A DNA stretch of 35,135 nt, from the NCBI GenBank assembly GCA_016618085.1, contig JABLTG010000188.1:1-35135 (forward strand), given 5' to 3'. Made by a program: the position numbers and the translations under genes. The notes under the pieces were generated by a model, which saw only the letters and a program-made list of their open reading frames with translations, searched no databases and was not told where the DNA came from. Of this stretch, positions 1 through 11,050 are shown one piece after another; position 1 is the stretch's first letter; each line of letters opens with the position of its first letter. The DNA comes from Neovahlkampfia damariscottae (lineage: Eukaryota).

Positions 1-300
1 AGTAACATTTTTTTCTTTCCAAAATGAATCCAATTTGAGCTGTTTGGACATTTTAAATACTTGAGATCTTTTTCAGTATTTTCTAGTTGAACAAAAGGTC
101 TTTTTTGTTCAACTTGAACAACTTCAAGTAAAAATAACTGGCAAAATTAAATCTAATTGGCCACTTTTATCACAATAACCATCAATTCATTGGCCGTATT
201 GACTATAAAAATTGGATCCTACTACCACTGTTTCATTACAAGAACATGAAAAAACCAATAAAAAGATGACCAAAGCCACCAAAAAATTTCTCATCTTCAT
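1..300 (-). pseudogene. Probable degenerate gene start encoding a signal peptide; runs off the window
   Basis: ATG at 300 with a CCAAT box at 311-315 reads MKMRNFLVALVIFLLVFSCSCNETVVVGSNFYSQYGQ, then in-frame TGA codons. No small intron was found that rescues the frame. Confidence 0.35.
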
Positions 301-948
301 GATAAATATGATTGGATTTTTTCCAGAAAAAAAAATGGATATCTGAAATTAATCATTGTTTTAATGTTTTTTGATGATATGAGTGAATGCCATTTGGCCA
401 ATAAAATAAGAAATCTGTTTACCCAAATTTGTGCATCTAATTTCCTGGTCAGCAAAGTGCGAAATTTTTTCCAAATGAAAATTTCACCACTATAACTTTT
501 TTTGTTTCAGTTATTTTTGTAATGAGATTTCTTTTTGTCGTCAATCTGAGTTTCCTTTTCTTTGATCTTTTTGGGTTTGTTCTGTATTTTTTTTGAAAAC
601 TTTCATTATTTTACTGTCCACGACTTTCATTTTTATAAAAAACTGATAACCTGTGAATAGCTTTTATCATATCTGTTTGTTTATTCATAATGTGCCTTTT
701 TTTTTTTATTTTTTAATTTTTTTTAATTTTACCTCAACTAGATCGAACTTCAAAGTATCAAAATCCATTAAACATCATCGCAAATACATGATCAATTTCA
801 GATGTGCTTCTTTTCATTTTTAAACGAGAGTTCTTTTTTAATTGTTTTTCCATTTTTCTTTTGAAGTGAGTTCTTTTTTCTTTTTTATTTGATGTTGTTC
901 ATTTTGTCCATTCCATCATTAAATTCGGAGTTTACTTTTTTGTGACCA

Positions 949-2484
949 ATGAAAGAAGAAGTTAAAATCGATGAAGTCACTGACGTTGATGAAGAAAATG
1001 ATACAAAACAAGTAGTTCAAACTAACACAGTTGAATTCATTCCAAAGGAAAAATCACCTGAAAATAAAACAAAAAAACAACCTCACAGTTGGAGATTTCG
1101 TTTTCGTCAACTTTTGCTGTTCTCTTCATGTTTTATTTCATATTGCGTTGTTTTTTGTTTTCATGCTTTTTTATCAGTAGCCACACCACTGCTTGTTGCT
1201 TCAAGAGTTTTAACATTAACCGAAATTTCACAAATCATTTTTGTGGCCAAGCTTTCAAGGATTTTACCAAAACTGTTTGTTGGAAGTGTGATTGACTTTA
1301 TAGGAGGAAAATACATATATATAGTTTCACATGGTTTTTTAGGTGTTTCATTAATTCTTTGTGGAATAAAACCTTATAACGATCAATTTCACTGGATTAT
1401 GTTATTATTAGCAGCAGGTACAGCTTCTTCTGCTATGCCATGGATAGGTTTATTAAAAATGGGTACGAATTGGTTTGATTATAGGTCCATGGGAAAAGTT
1501 ATGGCAGGATTAAGTATGAGCTTTCTGGTTGGTGACGCTATTTCCAGGTTTTATTTAGGTTTATGGGTGCGTATTGGGATTACATGGGATTTATTATTTA
1601 TTGTTGCTGGTATAACGATGCTGGTCATCAATGGAGCAACTTCTATTTTTTTATCAGAATCACCAAGTGATAGTGGATATGAAGAAGAACCAGAAGGTGA
1701 TCCAAGAAATATTTTAGGTGAAGAAGGTCTTAAAGCAGGAATTGAACAAGACAAAATATTTCATACTTTTCTTCCAATTTTAAAAAACCCTTCAATATGG
1801 ATTTTAGCCATTGTTTACGTTGGATTGACTTTCATGAGATATATTGCAAATGATTGGATTGTTTTATACTTTGTAGTTCGAACAGGTTCATCAAATGAAT
1901 TGGCAGCGACTGTTTCTTCAATTCCACCATTGTTTGGAGCATTATCAGTAGGTCTTATTGGATACTTGAATGATAACTTATCAACAAATTTAAGAAACAT
2001 TGTTTTATTTATTTATTCACTGGTATGTGCTTTAATTTGTGGTGCATTCTTCTTTTTGACTATTGGATCAGATTCAACGGATTTTTATTTGTCAATTGGA
2101 CTCTTTTCAGCTTTTTCATTTTTTGTTTTAGGACCATATTCATTACCAGCATCAGGTATATTTAAACTTATTCCAGTTACTAATTTCTTCTAAAGCAATG
2201 TCTGTTGAATATGGAGGAAAGAAAATTAATGCAACTTTGAGCGGAATTTTTGATGGTTTATCCATGTTAGGAGCAGCAACATCTGGGTAAATAGATTATT
2301 AATGAGATTAACTTTTATTTTTAGTTTTCTTGGTACTTTGTTCTTTGATAAATCTGATCCAAAAATTGGTTGGGATAATATTTATTTAGTCTCATTCATA
2401 ATATCAATTATAATTTCGGGATTCACTTTACTATTTTGTTTACTTGATTTTTTAAAATCACTCTTTTCAAAAAAAACAAAATAA
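949..2484 (+). CDS. MFS transporter, organophosphate:Pi antiporter-like (GlpT/UhpC/SLC37), 485 aa
   Basis: Exons 949-2155, 2196-2286, 2325-2484 (introns of 40 and 38 nt). Many TM helices and the MFS loop motif GSVIDFIGGK. The spliced C-terminal part ATLSGIFDGLSMLGAATSG fits the OPA-family pattern. Confidence 0.8.
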
Positions 2485-2539
2485 AAAATTTTATCCAATC
2501 ATTTCAAAACTTCAGTTCTTTATTCAAAAACAATAACAA

Positions 2540-3489
2540 ATGAGTGAAGAAGAAAATTTTATAAAATTAAAAGCAAGTAATTTTCCAAGTTCTTTAGATA
2601 CTGATGAAGTCGAAGAATACTTTGAAAATTTTAAACCTAAATCTTGTAAAGTAATTCTTCACCCAAATCTTTTTGCTATTTTAGAATTTGAAAAAAATGA
2701 AGAAGGAAAAAAGTGTTTTGAAGAGATGAATAATAAAAAAATTGATTATATAACTTCAAAATCGAACATTTTTTTGAATCAAAAAAAAGAAAAATAGAAA
2801 CAGATTCCCAACCAAATAAATTTCAAAAAAAAGATTCAAAAGATACTGGATTTCAAAAAAGAAATAATTCAGACCATAAAACTTTTGAAAAACCAAATTT
2901 TCAACGTGAAAGATCACATTCAAGAGATTTGGGAGAAAATCAAAATTTTGAAAAATCAACTTTAAATTCTAGAACCAATAGAAATTATTCATCAAATTCG
3001 ATAGATCATAGTCCAAATAGATCCAAATACCAACCTACTGGTAATGTAAATTCACGTGATTATGAAAGAAAAACGGAGAATTTTTCAAAGGAAAGAAATT
3101 ATCAATCTTCAAGAGAAACATCACCTAATCGATATAATGACAGAATAGGCAGTTATAATCAAACCAGAACGTATAATTATCGTGATATATCACCTGAAGA
3201 AAAAAGAAATCGAAGAAATATTGAACATTCATCTGATCAAAATTATTCATTATTTTCTATGTCTTCTGTCGTGAATGAAAAAAGAAATGCAGGAAAATCA
3301 GATTCCAAAGTTAATTCTAATGAAACAAATGATTTTCTTGATGCAATTGTTGGCAATGGAAATAAGAATCATTCAATTGTGAATGTTGCACAACAAAAAA
3401 AAGATGATGACATCTACATTGTTGTGATGGCATTCAAATCAAAAGAAAATTTTCAAAAGGTGAAAAATTTACTTCCAAAAAATGAATAA
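2540..3489 (+). CDS. RRM-domain protein with R/S/N-rich low-complexity tail, interrupted by an apparent -1 frameshift
   Basis: RRM-like N-terminus (LKASNFPSSLDTDEVEEYF...FAILEF...FEEMNNKKID) stops at 2797. The -1 frame is open from 2746 to 3489 and supplies the last RRM strand (YNFKIEHF). No GT-AG intron bridges the two frames. Confidence 0.6.
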
Positions 3490-3564
3490 AATAATTTCTC
3501 TTTGTATTAACATTACCAATATATTCCAACCAATCACTGCTCAACAAAAACTAAAAATAGAATT

Positions 3565-5178
3565 ATGGGACAGTTGTTTGATACAGACGAGCATCGTAAG
3601 AAAAAATTCATTTTAAAAAAAAAAAACAGCTGGTTCTGAATTCCAAGTTAAAGTCAGACAAAGAGTTCTCAATGAAGAATGGAAAAAACCTGAACACCAA
3701 AAAGATGTAAACAAAAAAAAAAACTTAATAAAAACTGCAGTTCAAAGTGCCACTTAATGAATGGAGACGTAATGAATCAAAAGAAAACATTGATGACTTT
3801 CGAAAAAGATATCATTTTGATTTGAAAAACCTTGTAACTTTAGAAAATGTTGACAAGTGGTCAGAAGTTGGTTGGAAAAGACCGAATTATGGTCCAACTC
3901 AACATTTCAAAGCACCTGTTTTATATACAAAAAAAATAGAAGAAAAAAAGAAAGAAGAAAAGAAAGACACTCCAACAACATCAAAGAAAGATCCAACAAA
4001 ATATATTCAAGAACAAATCCCAAAAATTGAACCAAATGAAGAATTAAACAAAATTATTAGTTTATTTAAAGGTGATATTTGCAAAATGGAAGTTGATGGA
4101 ATTCAAAATGCAGCGAACTCAGGTAAAGAAAAAACTTAATTTTTTTATCCTCTTTTAAAAAGGTTGTATGGGTGGTGGTAAGAAAATATATTGATTAAAA
4201 CATAATTGAGGTGGTATTGACGGTGCTATTCATTCAGGTGCTGGTCCAACTTTAGAAAGAGAATGTGCAACATTAAATGGTTGTAAATTAGGAAGATGTA
4301 GAATCACCAAAGGTTATGATTTACCTTCAAAATATGTTTTACATACTGTAGGACCTATGGAAGAAGATCCTGAATCATTAGCTTCTTGTTATACCACAAC
4401 TTTAAAACAAGCAATGAAACATCACTTGAAAACTGTGGTAAGACAAAAAAATGTGATAATTTTTTTAAGGCACTTTGTAGAGTATCTACTGGTATATTTG
4501 GGTATCCATCAGAAAGGGCTGGTCATTTATCACTTTTGGTTGTACGCAAGTTTCTTTTGGAAAATAATAATTACAAAAATTTTGACAGAATTATTTTCGT
4601 TGTTTTTGGAAATCATGATGAAAAATTATTTAATGAACTTATGCCTGTCTATTTTCCATTGAAAGATCCAAAAGGTGAAATTCCAGATGATCCATCTCTG
4701 AACTCATATGAAGAATCAAAAATTAATCATGAACAACAAATGATTCGATTATTGAAAGAATGCATCAGAGATATTCATAAAATAAAAGAAGAATATAAAG
4801 ATGATGAAGAAAAACTCCAAAATCAAATTCTAAAAGTTGAAGTAAAAAAAAAAAATTTTTTTCACAAACTAGGCTTATTTTGCAAAGAGAGTTGGCTTTG
4901 GTAAAGGTTATAAATGGACTTTTGTTAAAGAAGAAACTGATGAAGAAAAAACTATTAGATTAGAAAAAGAAAAAGAAGAAGAAAGAAAACAAGCAATTGA
5001 AGATCATGAAGTTTGTGTTGCTTATGGTTTGTATGATGAAAAAAAAATTGAAATGTATTTACCTGAATCTGAAGAAGAAATTATTGAAAGAGAAAAAAAA
5101 GAAAAAAGAATGGCAGAATTGAAAGCTGAAGAAGAAGAAAGAAAAAAAAAATTAGAACAAGAAAAGAAATCAGAATAA
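3565..5178 (+). CDS. MacroD-type macrodomain (mono-ADP-ribosylhydrolase/O-acetyl-ADP-ribose deacetylase) with charged coiled-coil C-terminus, 469 aa
   Basis: Introns 3596-3629, 3707-3740, 4123-4162, 4178-4210, 4438-4469, 4842-4872. The spliced protein has KGDICKMEVDGIQNAANSGCMGGGGIDGAIH, ITKGYDLPSKYVLHTVGP and STGIFGYP, which are MacroD hallmarks. Confidence 0.9.
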
Positions 5179-5203
5179 ACTGTGAAAAATAGAATTTTAT
5201 GTA

Positions 5204-6697
5204 TTACACCAAGAAAAATGTTTGATGAGTTCCACAAACAATATCTTTAACATTCGAAATTTCAATTTTTTTTGGAGATGTTTCAATTGAATTTCCTTCC
5301 AAACCAAGTTGACCATATGAATTATTTCCACAACAGAATACTTCTCCATCATCTTAGATTGTTAAATAATGAACAAATATTTACATCTCAAAAAAACCGT
5401 GTGAGAATCTCCACATGCCATTTTTTTTATATTTGAAATTTCAACATCTTGAGGAATATTTTGATCAATTGTATTTTTAATTCCTAGTTGACCATCAAAA
5501 TTGTGACCCCATGATAAAATTTTTCCATTTTCTGACAACAAATAAAATACTAAAATTTAACACGATGTTTACCTTTTAAAGCCAAACTGTGATTTTGCCC
5601 ACAAACAATATTCTTTACACCTGAAATTCTAATTAGTTGAGGTATTATTTTATTTGATGTTGTTCCATCTCCTAATTGTCCAAATTTATTGTTCCCCCAA
5701 CACCATATGGATGAATCATCTAAAAAGTGTTAGTGTGATTTAGGAATACTTTTCATTGCAAAAGTGTGATTTCCTCCACAAAACAATTTCTTTACATTCA
5801 TAATATCCAATTTTTTAGGTATCTTTTGGGTAATTGTATTTCCTAAACCCAATTGTCCAAAGTCATTGTGTCCCCAAGCAAAAACAGTTGAATTATCTTC
5901 AAGAATTTAAAATAACATATTTTACTCAATAAAGCCATTGAAAAATATGATCCTGCATATATTTCTTTGACATTTGTTATGTTTACCATTTGTGGTCGTG
6001 TTTGAAATTCTGAACTATTTTCAATTCCCAATTGATGATTGGAATTATTTCCAAATGAATAGACAGATCCATCAACTATTCATTAATTTCTATGTATCTT
6101 TTTTTTTACTCATTAAACATATGGTATGCTGTGCTCCACAAGCAATTTGTTTCACTTCAGATGTTTTGAAAATACTTTTTTCAGGGAATGATAAAATATT
6201 ATTGCTTTCCAATCCCAATTGTCCAAATTCATTATTTCCAAATGCTAAGAATGAACCATCACCTAATTTCAATATAAAAAAACTGATTCCTTTTTTTACT
6301 CATTGCTGCAAATGCATGATAACCACCACTGACTATTTGTGACACATTTTTAATGGCGGTTTTTTTAGGTGTGTTGACATTTCTTGTTTTTTCAATTGCG
6401 AGCTCTCCTGAGTCATTATTCCCACATGCATAAACTTCCTCATAAAAGTATCCTGAAAAAAGTTCTTTTTCTAAGAGTAATGTGGTCTCTTGTAGATTTA
6501 AATTGTTTAACCTAGATTCATTTTCAGTTATTGCTTTTGTTAGTTTTTTTATTTCTCTTCCAATTTTTTTTTTCTCTTCTTTGATCATTTCCATTTTTTC
6601 TTGTAGATTTTTTTCTTTAAGAATTTTTTAGATTTCATTTATTGATACCGTAAGTATCGTTTATGATTTCAAACAGAGGACTTTTTGGTCTTTGCAT
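5204..6697 (-). CDS. N-terminal coiled coil plus 7 RCC1 repeats (beta-propeller), 418 aa
   Basis: ATG at 6697. Introns 6615-6648, 6263-6299, 6076-6109, 5897-5925, 5720-5749, 5532-5572, 5353-5384. The spliced frame is open with seven repeats of the form G.N..GQLG...P......V..I.CG..HT. Confidence 0.88.
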
Positions 6698-6872
6698 CAC
6701 CTGTTGATTGGTTTTGGAGTGATCCATGAGGTTTCATTGGATTAGAAAGTTAGACAAATGAAACTTTGAATTTGAACAATTGAATTGCGTTTTTTACTTC
6801 AATTTCGGATAAACTATTTTTGATAAATTGGACAAAACTCCTGTCCAATCATAATAACACATTTTTTTAAAG
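6698..6872. promoter_or_regulatory. Divergent promoter with CCAAT boxes
   Basis: TGATTGG (core 6707-6711) lies just upstream of the RCC1 ATG. CCAATCA (core 6845-6849) lies upstream of the esterase ATG. Confidence 0.55.
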
Positions 6873-7880
6873 ATGAAGTCCACGGTATTGTTGACAGTTC
6901 TTTTAATTTTTGCTTCTTTTACATACCATACATTAGTTATCAGAGACCCTGAAATACCTGCAAGAGTAAAACTATGGCACTATATGCTTAATTTTGCTGA
7001 TTATTACATTGGAATGACTTACGAACATTTTGATAGATCAAAATTGCCTAAACTAACTTTGGCAAACAGAAGAGGAACAAAATTTTCTGATTTACATATT
7101 GAAGAATATAATATCACTTCTGAATCAGAAGGTCACAAAATTCCGGTTGAAATATTGGTTCCAAAAAATTATGATAAATCCAAACCAACTATTTTTCAAA
7201 TTCATGGAGGAGGTTTTGTTCTTCAAGGAAATGCTATTTATCCAGGATATTTAACGGAAAATGGAAATCTTGTTGTTTCGGTTTTCTATCGTTTGGCTCC
7301 AGAATATCCATTTCCGGCACAAACAAATGATGTCTTTGAAGCGTTTAAATGGTTGTACAAAAAGGATCACAAGCTGTTAAAAGATGTTGATGTATCTAAT
7401 ATAATCGTTGTTGGAGATTCTGCTGGTGGTAATTTAGCTGCTGGATTATCTTATCGTGTGAGAGATGAAAAATTTTTTGAAAAAAAAATTAAGAAACAAG
7501 TATTGGTTTATCCAGTAATTCATATTAACGTGGTGTCAACTCAAAGTAGAATCGATCATGAACATGCTTATATTCTTCCTAGACACAAAATGATTTGGTT
7601 TTCAGCTCAATATCATGAAGATCAAAAAATATTGGCTGAAAATCCTCTTGCATCAATAACAAAAGCAAAAAATCACAAAAATTTACCTGAAACATTTCTC
7701 ATTGTAATGAATTATGACCCGTTGTACAGTGAAGGAAAAGATTACGGAGAGCTCTTGAAGAAAAATGATGTCAAAGTTGAAATCAAAGAATATCCAACAG
7801 TTCATGGAGCCTATGGAATGGAATTCATTGAAGAAGGAATGAAAGCAATAAAAGATACAATGAAATTCATTTCAAAATAA
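6873..7880 (+). CDS. Hormone-sensitive-lipase-family (Abhydrolase_3, AADAC-like) esterase with signal/anchor peptide
   Basis: HGGG oxyanion motif, YRLAPEYPFP, GDSAGG nucleophile elbow, DPL and HG catalytic motifs, hydrophobic N-terminus, no introns. Confidence 0.9.
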   Translation: MKSTVLLTVLLIFASFTYHTLVIRDPEIPARVKLWHYMLNFADYYIGMTYEHFDRSKLPKLTLANRRGTKFSDLHIEEYNITSESEGHKIPVEILVPKNYDKSKPTIFQIHGGGFVLQGNAIYPGYLTENGNLVVSVFYRLAPEYPFPAQTNDVFEAFKWLYKKDHKLLKDVDVSNIIVVGDSAGGNLAAGLSYRVRDEKFFEKKIKKQVLVYPVIHINVVSTQSRIDHEHAYILPRHKMIWFSAQYHEDQKILAENPLASITKAKNHKNLPETFLIVMNYDPLYSEGKDYGELLKKNDVKVEIKEYPTVHGAYGMEFIEEGMKAIKDTMKFISK

Positions 7881-7955
7881 AACTTATTTTTCCGACTACA
7901 GGAACTTTATCAACCAATCATTTCCAATTATCGGATAAATTTTTGTTGCGGAAGA

Positions 7956-8939
7956 ATGAACATCATTGTTACGGCTATCATCTTAATTTTCACAATCCTA
8001 TCAATTCCATACATTATATTAAACTACACAGAACCTATAAGCTCACTTCAATATGAATTGCTTGTCCAAGTTTTTAAAACAGTTACAATTCCAGTTATTG
8101 TTGTTCTTTGGATCACTGGTGTTATAACTCAAAATGTAAGTCAAGTAGATAAAATGTGGAGTATTATTCCATTTTTTTATGGTTTGTTTTTTGCGTATCC
8201 TTTCGGTTTTAATCAAAGAACTTTAATCATGTTGGGATGTGCTTTCATTTGGGTAAATTTTTCAAAAATTAAAAATAAAAAGGGTCTAAGATTAACTTTA
8301 AATTTCGTTAGAAGAGGAGGATACTCATTCAAATTTTGGTCTGGTGATGAAGGTAAAAAAAAAAAAAAAAAAAATTAACATTTGTATTCAGATTACCGTT
8401 GGTTAATTTTGAGAAAAAAAGTTGGCACAGGTTTAGTTTGGGAAATTTTTCATTTGTTTTTCATCTGTATTTACCAAAATGTGATTTTATTTCTCATCAC
8501 TTTACCATTTTTAAAATGCGCTGTTTCAACTAAACCTGTTGGTATTGTTGATTATGTTTTGGCTGCCATTGTTTTATTGTTAGTTTTGGTTGAAATGATC
8601 TCAGATAATCAACAACAAGCATTTCAAAAAGAAAAATATCACAGAATCAACAATAAACTTCCTATGGGAGAATATGAAAAAGGATTTATTGATACAGGGC
8701 TATGGGCGTATAGTAGACATCCTAATTTCTTTGCTGAGCAATCAATTTGGGTCGTGTTTTATTTGTTTTCTGTTTATTCATCAGGAGAATTGATCAATTG
8801 GTCTATTAGTGGTGCAATTTTATTGATTTTATTATTTCATGGATCTACTGATTTTACGGAAGAAATTTCAATGTCGAAATATCCAAAATTTAAAGAATAC
8901 ATTCAAAAAACACCAAGATTGATTCCAATTAAATTTTAA
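7956..8939 (+). CDS. DUF1295 / steroid-5-alpha-reductase-like membrane protein, 304 aa
   Basis: Introns 8253-8282 and 8353-8391. Motifs NVSQVDKMWS, WGLRLT, EDYRW and GFIDTGLWAYSRHPNFFAE. Confidence 0.88.
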
Positions 8940-9098
8940 TTTTTGTTGATGAGAATTTTTATTATTATTTTTTTAATTTCAACAGATTTCTCATTTCAAA
9001 AAATTTCCAACCAACTTTTGAAAATGATCATTTTTTATTGGTTGTTTAAATTCGCTCCAACAAACGAAAAATATTCAATTGGTCAATTAATAAACGAG

Positions 9099-10978
9099 AT
9101 GAGCACAACAAAACCAAAAAAACAGACAAAGAAAAAGATGACTCCTAAATCTCAAAACCAAGATGCTCCTCAAGACGATGACTCAAGTTCAAACTTGTTG
9201 AAAGGAGTAGTAGCATTTGTTGACGTCAAAGCAGAAGGAATAGAAACTTCTGACGCAATTTCAAAAAAAATTGAAGAATATGGTGGAAAAGTAAGCGCCC
9301 ATGAATTTTATTAACTCATTCAAAAGGTACAAAAAAAACTTGGAAAAACTGTTACTCATGTTTTCTTCAAAGAAGGAAAACCAAGCACTTGGAAGAATTC
9401 AAATGAAAAAGATTTGAAATTAGTATCACCACAATGGATTGAAGAGTAAGTAGTTTTTTTTAGATTTTAATTTCTTCTCGAAAAAGATGTCTCAAAAAAA
9501 ATGAAGTATTAGATTTGGATGATTTTAAAGCAGAAGAACCTCAAGCAAAACCTATTGTTAAAGCTAAGAAAACAGAAACTCCAAAGAAGAGAAAAACTGA
9601 TGAAAAAGAAGAATCACCAAAAAAGAAAAAGAAACTTGAAAAAGAAACTTCTGAAGAAGAAGCCGAAGAGGAAAAGAAAGAAAAAAAGAAAACAGTTGCA
9701 AAAAAAGAAGAAAAATCAAAAAAAGAGACTGAAAAAAAAGATGAAGGAGAAGAGAAAGTTGAAAAAAAAAAAGTAATCAAAAAAGTAGTCAAAAAAGTAG
9801 AACCAAAAAAAGACGAAAAAGAAAAGAAAAAAGATGAAAAAAAGAAAGAAGAAAAGAAAAAACCTGCAACACCAAAGAAAACTGCTGAATCTTCTGACAA
9901 AAAGAAAAAACCAACAACAACAAAGAAAACTGAAAAAAAGAAAAAAGGAGAAAAAGAAATAGATCCAGAAGATAAAATGGAAGAAGAGTTTGTTGGTGAC
10001 GAAGAAGAAGAAGAAGAAGAAGAAGTTGATGGAAAAACATTTGATGAAACAGATGAGGAAGAAGATGAAGAAGAGTTATTAGAAGAAGAAGACGAATTAG
10101 AGTCATCACCTCAAAGAGTCAATTCAGATTTAAAGAAATTCGAAAAGAAATTAGCAAAAGCAGAATACATTTTTGAATTATCAGGAGTTGAAGATTTTGC
10201 ACGTGAAACAGTAATGGATGTCATTGAATCAAAATCAGATTCATCATTATCTGTTTATCCAACTGAGAATTATGAAGGACAAAGATTTACACATTTAATT
10301 TCAGATTCAGATAAAAGAACATTGAAAGTTTTATTTGCAATTGCTTTTGGCGCTAAAATTATCAAATCGGAATGGTTATTAGAAAAAGTAATTGAAAAAG
10401 GAGATTGGGTTGATGAAATTGATTATATCAGAAAAAAATTCTTGAAACAAATTGAAGCATCAATTGAATCAAATAAAAAACCAGAAACTGATGATGCAGA
10501 AAGAGTTACTTTCCCATTATTCTATCAAAGAAAATTTTGTCTTGTAGGAGAAATCAAACCAAAAAAATTGATACTTGAGAGATTAATCAATGCTTGTGGA
10601 GGTAAAGTAGTTGCATCTGTACGTCGTTGTGATATTTGTATTGCAGGAGAAGGAGCACCAAAATTATGTTTAAGTGAAGATGATTCATTTTCAACAGTTA
10701 ATGTGAATTGGTTATTTGATTGTGTTGGAAATTATGAAATTCAAGATACTAAAAAATATGAAATCACAAAACAACAAATTGATGAATGGGAAAAATTAAG
10801 AAAATCACCAAAAAATTCAGCAAAAAAATTATCAAAAAAAAAAGAAGAAAAAATGATCATTGAAGAACAAGACAATGAAGAAGAAGAAGAAATTGAAAAA
10901 GAACTTGATATTCAAGTTGAAGTTGATCAAGAGGTTGACGAAGCAATGAAAGAAAATGAAATTTTTAATGAAGAATAA
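9099..10978 (+). CDS. MCPH1: Microcephalin-like protein (N-terminal BRCT, K/E-rich linker, C-terminal tandem BRCT), 600 aa
   Basis: Introns 9291-9326 and 9446-9486. The N-terminal BRCT LKGVVAFVDV...VTHVFFKEGKPSTW...LKLVSPQWIEEC closely follows MCPH1 BRCT1. The C-terminus has THLISDSDKRTLKVLFAIAFG...EWL and a further BRCT ending WLFDCV. Confidence 0.7.
9530..10105 (+). repeat. Low-complexity purine-rich (GAA/AAA) coding tract
   Basis: Lys/Glu-rich then Asp/Glu-rich linker of the BRCT protein. It generates the spurious overlapping ORFs in the track. Confidence 0.8.
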
Positions 10979-11050
10979 ACTACTTTTGTATCATAAATCA
11001 CAGTCTTTATTTTTCTCCAATCACATCTTACGTGTCCAGATAAAAAAAAC

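Noticed and set aside
120..300. In-frame TGA codons suggesting TGA reassignment or selenocysteine
   Set aside because: All long conserved genes use TGG for Trp with no internal TGA. The TGAs occur only in fragments that are also frameshifted.
3565..3595. N-myristoylation of the macrodomain protein (MGQLFD)
   Set aside because: Gly2 is present but position 6 is Asp rather than Ser/Thr, which is too weak to claim.
8943..9098. Hydrophobic N-terminal extension on the BRCT protein
   Set aside because: It starts at TTG in a eukaryote and spans the promoter with ATTGG boxes. ATG 9099 fits better.
9519..10109. Overlapping ORFs 9519-9776 (+), 9541-9900 (-) and 9789-10109 (-)
   Set aside because: Shadow frames of the low-complexity K/E linker.
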